A stretch of DNA of 64,000 bases from Yuukianura sp. NJ FZ-2021 (lineage: Eukaryota): positions 9,486,001-9,550,000 of the forward strand of contig CM102285.1 in assembly GCA_046563655.1 (NCBI GenBank), written 5' to 3'. This document shows positions 37,280 through 49,688 of this stretch, in pieces. Below the pieces are notes generated by a model, which was not told the origin of the DNA, ran no database searches, and saw only the letters and a program-made list of their open reading frames with translations. The translations under genes were made by a program, and so were the position numbers. The stretch's first letter is position 1, and every line of letters starts with the position of its first letter.

Positions 37280-39242
37280 ATGAGCGATTTCATTCATAGT
37301 CATTGCGCAACTTGCATCAATCTTAAAAAATGTCATGCCTATGTCGAATTTACCAAAAACCGGAAAGTCTTGCGGTCAACGTCGGACCGTGTGCCAAATG
37401 GACCAGCACGTCAACGTAGTAGCAATGACGATTCCAGAACAAGAGTAGACAGCGGCAGTAATTTAGAGTCCTTAAATGAATTCGTAAAGTGTGAAATAAT
37501 TTCCTGTCCTAAACGTTGTGATTTTGCATTTCATTCGTGCAAACTTCGTGAGCATTTGCTGCTGTGTCCAAAGCAAATTGTCGAGTGCATCAATGCTGGA
37601 TATGGATGTGACATGGTTATGGAGAGACGATTTACTGGCAAGCATTTGGAATACTGCCCAGCATCGTAAGGGACGCTAGCTGAAATGAATAAAAAAAAAA
37701 TACTGCAATTCATTTTTTAGTTCAAGTCTTCAATTTTTTAGAGTCGTCGTTTGTTCCATGGAGTGGAGCAGGAGATGCGCCGAAAGCGTTCCTTTTGAGA
37801 AAAATTCATCTGACCTTGGTAAAATTTCAAAAAAAAAGTCTCAATTTTTTAAATACATATACTTTCTATCTCTTTAAAGTACTTTTTGGATTTTTATTTA
37901 AGATGTTGCAGCTTTGAATGAAGACTTGGAAACTGTGAAAGCATTCAGAAGAAATGTTCCAGCAGCACTGCGTCGCTTGTTACAAACTCGCATTCATGAG
38001 ATTGCTCTAATGCCCCTGGGGGTAGCAGGTCACAGAATACCTGACTGCATTTCTTGTGAAGTCGAAGTGCAAGGCAAAGCACAAGAGAATGGTTGTGACC
38101 TTGGTGACCCCTTGCCAGTACAGGAACGTGTGGATAGAGTGTCTCCACCGGCTGGACTGCAAGGAAGTCTTGTTGAACAACTAAAGCAGCTACCAGCCAC
38201 AACCAGTTTACATTGGAAGGAAAAACTAAACGAACCGGAAGAGAGACTTTTAAGTTTGAACTTTGAGGTCACTTCGAAACACTCGGGTCGATCCATGGCC
38301 TGTTCTACTTTTATGTGTTCTCAGGAACTGAGACGAGATGAATTTGCCGATCACTTCCGAAATGTGCACTCTGAAATCCGAACGCAACTTGATGGGTGGT
38401 TGTTCCGACGGTGCCCGATGGCTTCATATGGTTGTCCTTACGGATCTCTCAAATTCTTTCCGGTGATGGAAACCAATCGTCCAACTAACTCGTATGAAAT
38501 TACGTACAATTCTACGCTCAAATCGTTTTGTCCTACGCTGAAACCAGAATTCGTGGTTGGATATGGTTCTAATAATCCTGTTTGTGATGAAACTAAACAA
38601 ATTGCTCTCTGTGATCTTCCAAATGAACTTTTACTTCGACTTACGACATATCTGGATCCCTCCAGGTTAGCATCGCTTTTTAAGCTGAAATGTTTCATTG
38701 TTGCCAAAATTTTGAAATTCGAGATACGTTTTGAGAAATATGAGCTCTACTGAATTGCTTTTTTATTTATAGCTTGAAATGTCTCACACTGACCAGTGCA
38801 CGAATGCGCGACATTTGCGGTGAAGTTGTGTCCAAACGGGGAATCGTTGTTTTGGATTGGGAAAAAGAAACCAAGGAATTCGGAAAGTTTTGGCGTTATA
38901 GAGGAAAGGTTAGTCTTAAATTTATTAAATTTAAAAACATAACATAATCAAAAAATAAGAATTTACTAAATTAAAATTAATTTGTTTCTACTGTAGCGCT
39001 GGATATTTTCATCCGCGTTTAGCCCAATTCGAAATTGGAGTATGAGCAAAAGTCCGTCCATTGGGAGCCACTTACTCACTTGTCCATTTTACTCAAAACG
39101 TAATTTACAACAATTCTGAAAATTTTACCAGAAATTCTAGGATTTTGACACTTTAAAATTAAAATATTTATTTCCTCTAGATCATATCAACCAACCCAAG
39201 TTTGCGTACGCCAGCCCGCAAGACCTAAACCCACACTTGTGA
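37280..39242 (+). CDS. F-box only protein 30/40-like (N-terminal TRAF-type zinc finger, C-terminal F-box)
   Basis: HCATC...CPKRCDFAFHSCKLREHLLLCP..VECINAGYGC..HLEYCPAS|VVVCSMEW, RRDEFADHFRNVHSEI..LDGW..RCPMASYGC, F-box LCDLPNELLLRLTTYLD, and C-terminal WIFSSAFSPIRNW...HLLTCPF. TGA 39240-39242. Confidence 0.88.
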
Positions 39243-39365
39243 ATTACTGGTTGTGTTTGACGGACTAAGAAACGTTGGAAGTGAATGATTGAACCTGATT
39301 GGTAAGTTGTGTTAACAGTGACACATGAAAAGACAACAACAATTTCTAGTCCTCGTACTAAAATT

Positions 39366-40131
39366 TTAAGCTTGAAGGACACAAGCTCCAGAAGTCCAGA
39401 GTCGCTTCCAAGCATTTTCTTGAATGATTTTAATCTCGGATTTAGAAGGAAGCAGAGGGTAGTAGCCAGTTTCCGCCAAATTCTTGCATTTCCTTCGCTC
39501 TGGTTCGATGCAATCTAAAAATTCCTAAGGAAATTGCGACAAGTTTTAGAAAGTTGAATTTTGAGGAAATTTTACACTACGGTTAAACAGATTCTTGGAA
39601 ATTCCCTGTAAGTTTGAATTCTTTACTTTTCTAGCTTGGCATCGCTCCCATGTGTCGTCAACGTTTGCTGCATCATCATCTTCAGCAATATTCAAGAACT
39701 CAATCTTCCTGGCACAAGTAAGCGAAGAACTAGTTCCACACAATTCTAAAAGTTACAAAAAATATTGTGAACAAAATAAAATCCTCCAAACCTTCAAAAT
39801 TCAAACCAAAATTTTTAAGTTTGAATTCAATACCTGTAATCGCTTTAGGCGTGCTAGTAATTTCCACCAACTTCTCTCCTGCTGTTGGAATCAGTCCATA
39901 ACGCGGTTCTTGTCCTAGTCGGCCCAAAAATTCTCTCACAAACTTTTCCAGCATTTCCTCTTTGACCTTGACCTGGTGACCTTTAGCTGGAAAGCCAGAG
40001 TCTACTTCATGATTTTCAATCTGATGCAAAAGGGGAGATCTGACTTCATTGCTTAAAAAATTCTCTTGTGCGTTTATCGATTGGCCAGTGACGGCAAGAA
40101 GGCTAGCAGCTAACAACAAAAGCGAGCCCAT
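39366..40131 (-). CDS. Uncharacterised secreted protein (about 3 exons, several Cys)
   Basis: Signal peptide MGSLLLLAASLLAVTG, with TATATAAAAG at ~40197-40206 on the minus strand. Exon 1 ends ACAG|GTATTG and exon 2 begins ELCGTSSSLTCARK. The frame of the 3' exon and the stop are uncertain. Confidence 0.55.
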
Positions 40132-41027
40132 TTTTTTTACCACTTTCTTCCTGGACTTCTGGAAAGTGAAAGTCAAAGATCTAAAGTCAACGCCTTCTTT
40201 TATATACTTTCACTTCTGCTTTTCAGCGAACACACCTAATGTGACTCACAAAAGTAGTATCTAATTGTCAATTAATTTTAATTTTTCTCCAATTAACTTT
40301 CTCTGGACTTCCGCTCTTCGGGTTAATTCCTCCCTTACTGAAATCTCTTCGGATTAGCTTCGGTTGGACAACAACAAAATACAGAGATCGTTCTGCCTAC
40401 GTCCTTTTGGCATTTCAAGTGAACGGAGAGAACAATGGAAATGTTTTGAGTCTTTCTTATAGCCAAAAGCAGTAACTATTTTTGTGGTTCCGAGAAGCTC
40501 TAATCCCTTTGAGCCCTAAAGCTTATTCTTAGAAAATATCGAGAAAAAATTAGTGCGATTGAGGGCTTCCAGGCGACTGACTAAGCCCAATCATTTCTAC
40601 AAAAAATGACCTCCTACGTGAATTTAATGATTGCAATTTGCTAACAAAAAGTTGTTGCTCCGAGAAAGGTTTTGGCAAGGTCGAATGCAGTTTTTGACTT
40701 TAGGGAGTTGCAGTATTGGATGTAAAAACATCCTTGGCTTGAGTAGCCTCTCCTTGGTTGACTTCGGTTCAAATACCTTTGCATCTCCTGACATGACACT
40801 TTCAAATGTTTTTTTTATCCCTGAATGATCCTGGAGTTGATTCGCCCTTGGGCGACTGTTCACCCCAAACAAGTTTTGGAATTCAATTTCAAAACATCTC
40901 GGAGAGATCTTACAGTAGGTTCAGATTTTGGCTTCTGTCATTTAGTTGTCCTGTTCCAGTCGAAGACAAAGCAGTTTAGTTTAATTTTCTAGTAGAAATC
41001 AAAGAAGTCCAAAAAGATTGGAAAAGT

Positions 41028-41942
41028 ATGGAGAAAGCAAGACTTTTTGCAATTTTCGTAGTCGCTGTTTCATGCATGCTACCCCTGCAAATCCAATGCA
41101 GAGGTAAGGCATTCTCAAAATTTTAAAAAGCGTTTTCGAATTCTAAATTTTCAGATTTTTTGAATGCTTTTCATTAGGCGTTGCTGGAAATATAAAATTG
41201 GTGATGATGCGGAATAACCAGTACTGGTTCAGTACTACCTCCCCGTTTTCTCCTACGCTGAACTTTTTCCTAGCGTACGAGTACTGCCGAAACCTGGGCC
41301 TCCAATTGGCCACCCTAGAAACAAGGGAAGAAGTTGACACAATTGCAGCCTACTTGTCTACTTCAGAAGGTCAACTTCAAAAATTTACACAAGATTTAAG
41401 CAATAATTTAAAAATCAAGTTTAATCCAATGTTAACTTTGACTTTGTCTAACAGCCAGTAGTGGAAATCAGCCGAGGGAGTACTGGACAAGTGGAAATAA
41501 GTTAGGCGCAGAGTCATGGCTGTGGATGAGCAATGGAGAGCAAATGAATTCATCCTTTGTAGCTGAAAATGCTCTTCAACAGCGACAGAATATTCACGGA
41601 GCGTAATGCACCCTGCAAAATAACTTTTAAATTGGGGTTGATTGACATGGACAGATTTTGGCAATGATAAAATTTTGCAACTTTAACTTTGTCCTTAGAC
41701 CGGCACGAAACTGTCTGACAATGCGGGCTATGAATACAAGGCGTGCAGTGTTCAATCCTGAAATCTGTGAGAGGTCATTGCCCTTCATCTGTGAACAAAT
41801 TCGGTGTTTGTCCTACTATTACCCGACAGTAGAATACCCTGAAGCACAACAACCGGGTAGCACTGACCCCGAATTTGCATCTCCCACAGGACAACGCTCC
41901 GAAGTCGTAGTGGCAAACGAAACTGTTTCAGCTTCCGCATGA
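41028..41942 (+). CDS. Secreted C-type lectin domain protein (CTL-X type, no EPN/QPD motif)
   Basis: Signal MEKARLFAIFVVAVSCML, then LNFFLAYEYCRNLGLQLATLET, YWTSGNKLG..WLWMSNG and NCLTM...EICERSLPFICEQ. Four exons. Confidence 0.88.
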
Positions 41943-43228
41943 ACATCCGAGGTTATGTCCAACGTGCAAAATCTTTTGCCAAATTTTTTTTTATTCATGT
42001 TAAATTTTGAAAATAAAAGCAAGGCAGTGATTTACAGAAAAAATGTCTCAAACCAAGCACATTGCACAACAAACTCGTTTTGATTTTAATTAACATGACG
42101 TTTTTACACATGTCAAAGGTGAATTTGGCAGACTATAAGCAAAAAAGGGATGAAAGTCCAACAAATGTGTACAAAACAAGTAAGTTTCAGCAGAATTGTT
42201 GACTTTAAGTGACGTTACTTAACCTTCCCCGTCATCCCTTTCCTTCTTGCTAAATTATAACAAGATTTCGCACTCGTTATTAGTGTCATTACAAATACCT
42301 TGCTCTTGCAAATCTCTATCTCGAATTACTTGGGCATACACTTTTGAATGTGACCTCAACTCATGCAACTTGACTTTGCATTTTACCCTTGGTACATATT
42401 GTATACAATAGGTTTTACAATGTTCCGCAATTAATTATAAACTTCCACCAAGGAAATTTTAGAATCATGAAATTTTAATGATGAAGATCAATATGACATG
42501 TGGGTATGTGGGTTTTTCCTTCTTTCAATTTTTGCAATTCTTTTTTTGCACAAATCTATTGTTTTGGCTTGACTTTCGGCCGGATTCGACTGTTGCCGTT
42601 TTCCTCATCCTTGTCATTTCTTTAGTATATTTCCATATACCTCCAACCCAATTGCCATCATTCACTCTGTCGGCTCCATTCAAGCCGGAAAGTCCTACTT
42701 TATTTGACTGAATTTTTTTTCATTAAGCTAAATCTAACTCAAATTGTTTCCATGTAATGCTGATCTCATCCCTGCAATTTTAACACTTTCCAGCTTGAAT
42801 CTGTGTCCAGACAAACCTTGCTAGCTCATCTCCCCTCATTTTTTACGTCACAATCTTTTCAGTATTAAAGTAAGTCTGTCAATTTCTAGTCATTCTGTGA
42901 TAGGGAGAGGTAGGTAAAGGTTATCAAAACAGCTCTACATAATTTCCTAGTCAAAAGTGTGCTCAATTCAAGTGCAAAAATTCAAATACATCACAGAGCT
43001 ATTGGTATTGATAATATCAAAAAGGTAAATACTTATGAATATGATTCACGGATTCCCTGCAGCTAAACTAAACCACGTCGTAATCTCGTGATTTGCTCAC
43101 TTGCCAACAAAGTCGTTGCAATTATCAAAACAGGTACAAATTCAGCTGAAATTATTCAAGCCAAATTGAAATCACATTAAAAATTTGAAACATTTTTGTG
43201 TTTTTGATTCTAAATTAGAAATTGCAAG

Positions 43229-45813
43229 ATGAGTGAAGAAGTGGAATCAAATAATTTTGTGTTTTGGACATCGGCAGCATCCAGTCTAACTCTACTTTCA
43301 CTCTATTATGTTTTCAACGTAGCACACGTACGTTCATTTCAATTGAATTCAATTTTGTAATTCTGTAGTATAGAAAAGTTCGTGTTTAGAAAAAGTTACT
43401 ACCATATAATTCCCCTTATCACACTACGAGAATTGGTGACGGAGAAAGTTAGATTAGTTGCCAATCAGGCTTTTAATAAGTTAAGCATAGACATTTCTAT
43501 TTTGGACTTTTAGAAATTGCTTTTTCAAAAGTTATAAACTGCTTTCTCCCAAATTGTTTTTTTTTTTTTTTTGTGTAAACTGTTGATATTTTTCTAGGGA
43601 AATGGAAAATCGAATTTTGTTTTTAATTCTTAATTTCGTAGTAGCAAATGCCCACGAGCCAAAAATTTCCATCGAGTCAATCAATAACTTTCTCCGCCTC
43701 TGTGACTTTAATAACCTTTTACGTTGCGACAGTTTTTAACTCCCCTTCACTCGCTCTAAAATGGCTTTAAATGTTTAAATTATTGTTATTAAGATAGGGA
43801 AAGTGGAGCTTTCTTTGCAAAAAGGGAGAAAGTTCTGGAATATTTTCCATCACGGAACTCGTGTCATATTGATCAATACTTTTGCATGGGAGGATAAAAC
43901 TATACTTCATTTCCAAAATAATACTAGGGAATTGAGCCTTCATGTGTGGTAAACGACCTATGACCCTTCAATTAATCGATCACAAACAAAACTTTGGTAG
44001 AATTTATTTTGGAAATGTTACGAAAACATTTTCAGACTGTGCGAAATACGGAATTTGAGCAGGGTTTTGCGAAATTTACCATTTAAAGGTTTCATAACTT
44101 CATAAATAAAGAGTATGGCGAGCATCTTGGAAAAACCTATCAAAATTATTGGCAAATTGATTAGGTTTGGCAGACATTCGAACCTGGATCGAAACTCTCC
44201 TTTAAATTTCATGACCTTTAAGAAACTATAAGTGTTTGAATGCTTACAATTAAAATTTGTTTGATATTTTTAGAAACCGAAAATTTATGCCAGCAACAAA
44301 TTGAAGGCATTCCTTATGGAACACGTTCCAATTCTGAATGAAAAGTACTGGCCTACGTGGTACAACTGGGAAGGGCGACTTCAGTCTCTGATGGGCTTGT
44401 TCCAGCGTATTTCAGACTCTCAACTGCTGCCCTACACTAGGGAAATCGTGACGCTTCAAGATGGTGGTGAACTGGCTCTCGACTGTCTCGAACCAATAAA
44501 TGACAAGCGATCGACCGCCCAAACATTGGCTGCTGACGAGTAAGCAGCGATTTTGCTACGGGATCAATAGTTGTTTGTTCCATTTCTAAAAATAAGTTCT
44601 TATTGAATAATGTAGGGAGCGAGTCATCGTTTTCCTCCTTCCTGGACTCACCAGTTGCTCACAGACTTCTTACGTCAAGTCACTGGCTCTCGCCTGTACT
44701 AAGGTGGGGTGTACCGTGTATGTGCTGAACAATCGTGGACTCGGTGGCGTACCGCTGAAGACTCCGCGGACGTACTGTGCCACCAAGTATGAAGACGTTA
44801 TGGAAGTCATTGCTCATCTCAAGGGGAAACATCCAAAGGAAAAAATGATTGCCATTGGAACATCTCTTGGAGGGTGAGACTAAAAAAAGTAGAAGGTCAA
44901 AGGTCATGTCAAATCCAGAATGTTCCAGGAACTGGAGCAAAAGTTGTCAAGTCCATGCCCAATTCCAAGAAAATTGTGAAATTGTTATTTAGAATGGTGC
45001 TATGCCAATACCTGATTGGACATGCAGAAGAAGCTAAGGAAAACTTCGCAGCAGCTTTTGTGCTCAGCATTTGTTGGGATCCTTTGGCCGGAACGCGAAG
45101 CCTGGAGACTCCCTTCATCAACAGATACATTGTCAACTACACGCTGACGTCAAATCTAACGGAGTTGGCTGTGAAGTAAATGAATTTTTTGAAAGCTAAC
45201 TAAAAGCAAAAGCTAACATTTTTTGAATTTTGCTGAGACTAATTTTTTGTTTTGGTAATTTTAGACACCGTGAGGTTCTCCAACGTCGTGACTGCTGGGA
45301 CTTTGACAAAGTTCTAAGTAGCCGAACACTTAGGGAATTCGATTCCCACTTCACTGCTCCGCAATTTGGATACTCGGATGTCCTGGACTACTACAACGAC
45401 GCAGTAGTTTCCAAGCGTATCAATCAATTCTCCATTCCAGTATTTGCTCTGAACGCCGTCGATGACCCATTGATTCCTGGAGAATGTACGGTTTTCAAAA
45501 CTCCAACAATTTAATGATAAACAATTGATAAGTGAACTTTTTTTTAGACCTGCCAACTAAAGAGGCTGAAGTGAGTGGATCCAATTTGGCATTGATCGTC
45601 ACAGAACGTGGAGGTGAGTGACTTTTTGAAAATTTTGTCAAAAAGCAAATGCAGGAAAAATTTCAATTTCAATTTGTCGTTTTTGTTTCCAAAGGTCATC
45701 TAGGCTTCCTGGAAGGCGTGCTACCCGTAAAGAAACCATTCCACTACATGGAACGAGTTGTGATGGACCTGTTGGTTTCTATCCAATCTCATTCAGATGA
45801 TCTCAAAATATAA
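43229..45813 (+). CDS. Alpha/beta hydrolase of the ABHD1/2/3 family (phospholipase ABHD3-like)
   Basis: N-terminal anchor exon, then YWPTWYNWEGRLQS, DGGELALD, LPGLTSCSQTSYV, NNRGLGG..LKTPRTYC, nucleophile GTSLGG, NAVDDP (Asp) and GGHLGFLEG (His). TAA 45811-45813. Confidence 0.88.
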
Positions 45814-46819
45814 AGTGAAGATATCGTTGTTGTAATTACAAATTACAACGTAATTACTATGGGATCAAGAACTCGATTCTCTCATCTCATCAGTCTCACT
45901 TCTAGTTTTTGTCCTAAAAATTTAGTGTGATGTTCCAGCTAAAATTTTATGTGCTGAGTAACACAAACCTTGTTAAACTTTACAACTGCGATGTGTCTGG
46001 CTGGCTAGGTGCTCGTTCTTTCGTTTTAAATGTTGAAAGTGATACAAAGGAACAAAACGGAATCTTTGGAAATAGGATTTCCGTTTGCGTTCATCTTCTT
46101 GGTTGTCTCAAATTTATCAAAAGGCGACACTATTTGTAATGAATTTATTTCAATTTCTATGATTGTTTCGAAGGTAAACGAAATATGTAATAATGGTTGC
46201 GTTTAAATAAAATTGGAAAGTATACTAGGCACAATATAAGAATAAATCTTGGAAGAAATATAATACTATAAACAACACAGTGTGAATTCTTTCACTTTCA
46301 CGTTATGTTAACCTTGTTTACATAATTTAACCTTGTTTCAACCTCACAAGTTACCCGCTTGACCTTACAACATCGAAGCGTTGGATGGAAATGGTTGCGC
46401 TGTATTAGCTTGGGGCGGGTGTGGGGGGAGTCAGTTTGCCCAATGATGCCCATTTTCTGCGTATCCGCGAATCAGCTAAATAGTCAATCTTTTTTCTTCG
46501 GTTGGGTTTATGGCAGTTTATGTGCTCGTTGCTTTTGAGTGGAGATGAGATCGTGAGGCAGATTTGTGGAGTCGAGTCGAAGCGAAGTAACAAAACGGAT
46601 CGTAAAGAAGTAGGAAGTACCTTGACCTCAACTGGACGTTGACCTCTTCGAACTCAATTAAAACGACTACTGCAGCGCTTTTGGAGTTAATCAATCGTGC
46701 TCCGTTCCTCCAGTCCTGCTCCAAGGTCGATTCGTATCCCTCTCAGTCTGAGTCTCAGAAGTTATCACCGCACGAAAACATCACTTTCGCTTTCATTCAG
46801 GTTCAATTTACGTAAGATA

Positions 46820-47765
46820 ATGGCACAGAATGTCAGTCCCAGAGGTGGTGTAGGAGGATCAAGGAAAACGAATGAAGGTACATCTGGAACTTCACGGGAT
46901 ACTCACTCTGTGAGCAAAAGGTAACCATTACACCCCCACAAGTTGTAAATGTTGAATATTTATGGTATTGGTAATGGAGTTAAAACGTCACTGTTTTCAT
47001 GTTTGCAGGCTACAGTCTGAATTGATGTCGCTAATGGTAAGTCAGTTAAACCCTCGCATATAATTTACAAAGTTCACACTAAAACACAATTAACCTGAAT
47101 TCTCTTTGTTTAGATGAATAGTCGAGAAGGAATCAGTGCTTTTCCAGATGGCGAGAACTTGTTCAAGTGGATAGGAACTATCTCTGGCCCAGAAGAAACA
47201 GTATGCTTGCTAAAACAATCGAATACTCTGCTTCATTTTGCTCCATTTGCAACACTCTTGAGGCTTAATTGATAATACAGTGTAAAATCTGAAACAGGTA
47301 TTTGCTGGTCTCACATTTAAACTTGCATTGGAATTTCCAAGCGGATACCCGTATGTAGGTAAGGGTGTCAGTCAACTGCACTGATAATTGAAAACTTTGT
47401 TGTCAATTAAATTAATCTTCCATTTTGCAGCTCCTTTGGTCAAGTTCACGAGCCCATGCTTTCATCCCAATGTTGATACTGCTGGCCATATTTGCCTGGA
47501 CATTCTAAAGGACAAGTGGTCCGCCCTACTCGACGTCCGTACTATCCTAATATCAATCCAGTCGCTTCTGGCAGGTCAGTTACTACTTCCTTTTCCTAGT
47601 AAAACGTTCTGCTGGTGCTCGGTGTAATTACATTGATTCTTTATCTTCTTAGAACCAAACATCGAGAGTCCCCTGAACATAAAGGCTGCTGAATTATGGA
47701 AAGATCAAGCTGCATATAAGAAGCACCTTCTAGATACGGCAAGTAAGGCTCCAGCGAGCAACTGA
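46820..47765 (+). CDS. UBE2C: Ubiquitin-conjugating enzyme E2 C (UbcH10/vihar)
   Basis: MAQNVSP N-terminal extension, [79 protein letters not shown] 47763-47765. Confidence 0.93.
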
Positions 47766-48242
47766 ACTGTACTGGATTACTGGATACATTTGTATTTAAG
47801 ATGATAACGTTTTAGGGTAAACTTTCATAAGTACGTCATCCTATTTTGTAGAATAAGCAATAGTAACGAATGGTTCCCAACACAAATTCAACTGTCAGTT
47901 CTTTGATGTTGGATTCCTTGCTTATTAGAACAAATGTGCTCAGGCTGAACCAGGTTTATAATTCTACTATTCTACTTAACAGCAAACACCTAAGTTTCTT
48001 AATTTTTTCTTACCATTGGCATTCACATTTTGTAATGCCAATTATTTTAAAGTAACTAGACGTACTACTACTTTCCTTTCATAATTCATATTGTCAATTC
48101 AATTTTTCTTTTAATCCCAAATAACTTTAATTTGCCATTTTTTCTATTTACTTTGCCCTGTGCGGCTTTTTAGCAAACCTTGTCAAGACGTACTAATCCA
48201 ATATTAAGTAAAATTACTTTCCATTTGTTAGTTCTCACGAGT

Positions 48243-49254
48243 TTAAGGTTCTTTGGCTTTGTAAAAGACAAAGTAGCAGGTATGAGTTGCTTCATGTTCC
48301 CCTTTGTAATGCAGTTTGAGTGAGTTATGGTTTTTAAGGTAAACCATTGAACATGGAATCAGTGATGTTTCCGCAATCAAGTATTGAACAAGCTTCTGGA
48401 AGCACGCATGACCAAGGCCCTGTCGCTGGAACGGCTCATTTGTAACAATTCCAACATGGCCGCTGGGATTCAGCAACGCTCCACTTACAACTTCTTCAGT
48501 GTCCTTCGCATAGGCGCCTATAGTTGGACAACGCTCGGCCAATTTAATTCGAAATGCTTTGGAGTTTTCATTAAGAGAGTTGAACTGAGAGGAGACGGAT
48601 ACGAGAAACTTAATTCCGGGTTCAGATTTCAGTGATTTCAATTCAAACTTCTCCAGAACGGGACTTCAAAAAGCAAAATGGACGTAAATTAGCCTTATTT
48701 CATTTCTGAAGTAGAAATTAAGTTTAACTGACCTTGGTTTCGTAATTACAGGCTTATTTCGGGGGAAGTGGAAAAATTGGCATGGGAGTACTTCTGTGCA
48801 GTTTCCATTTTTCATGGATATCTTGATGACAAGTTCCGTCACGACAAGGTCCAATCCAATGAACTCAAATTGTTGGTTCCAGTTCAAAATATTCGGGTCT
48901 ATAGCTTCAAATGCTTTTTCAATTGGAGCTTCCAGTTTATCAGTGTCGTTCGGGGTAGACATGGCAAGCTGCTGTCCAGTATCCTCTCGAAGGTACTTTG
49001 CCAAAATCCAAGTACTCTCGGGCTTTTCACTCGTCTTGAGTTGGTAGAAACTCATTTCCGTTGGGAACGTAGGATGTAATTTAATCATATTGAAAATCTG
49101 CAACATTAAAACAGTTATAAAGTAAAATACTTTTTGCCTGTTTTCAGCTTTTCATTTTCCAGTTTACATGCGTTGATCTCGGTAGTCTCAGGTTCACGAT
49201 CTCCAGAAGTGCCTCGGGAGTGTCTACCGCTTCGAACTGGAGAATGCTGTCCAT
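48243..49254 (-). CDS. GNAT-fold acyltransferase (glycine N-acyltransferase/FR47-like), 3 exons
   Basis: ATG 49254 (MDSILQFEAVDTPEALLEIV). The C-terminal exon has acetyl-CoA motif A (VTNEPFQRQGLG) and NHNSLKLHYK. Confidence 0.65.
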
Positions 49255-49688
49255 TTTTATTTCCCCGGATGCACTGAGTTGCAAATTCTGAGCAAGAAAA
49301 ATGTCTTCCGTTGAACCAAATCAACGTTAATCTGTTTTTAGCCTGAAATTATCTTCAATACATTAAGGCTGAAGTGGAGGTCGCTATCAAAATTTTAAAG
49401 CTGATACAAGTACACAATTGGAATTTGGGATTGTTTGCTTGCGATTTGTGATTTGCAAACACTTCATAAACGTTGATCAGATCTGCGGATGTATTGCTCA
49501 TATAGTTCTGCCGCTGCACTTTATGTTTATTGGATAGCATGTTTACGACATGGTGGAAACAGACTTTTTGAAACTTTTAAATTAAAACACATGTAAAGCT
49601 TATGTATTTAATCATTGAATTCAACACAGAATTTTAAGAAACGTCAGATTACAAAATTATTTTGACGTTTACACATTCTCGTTGCGCG

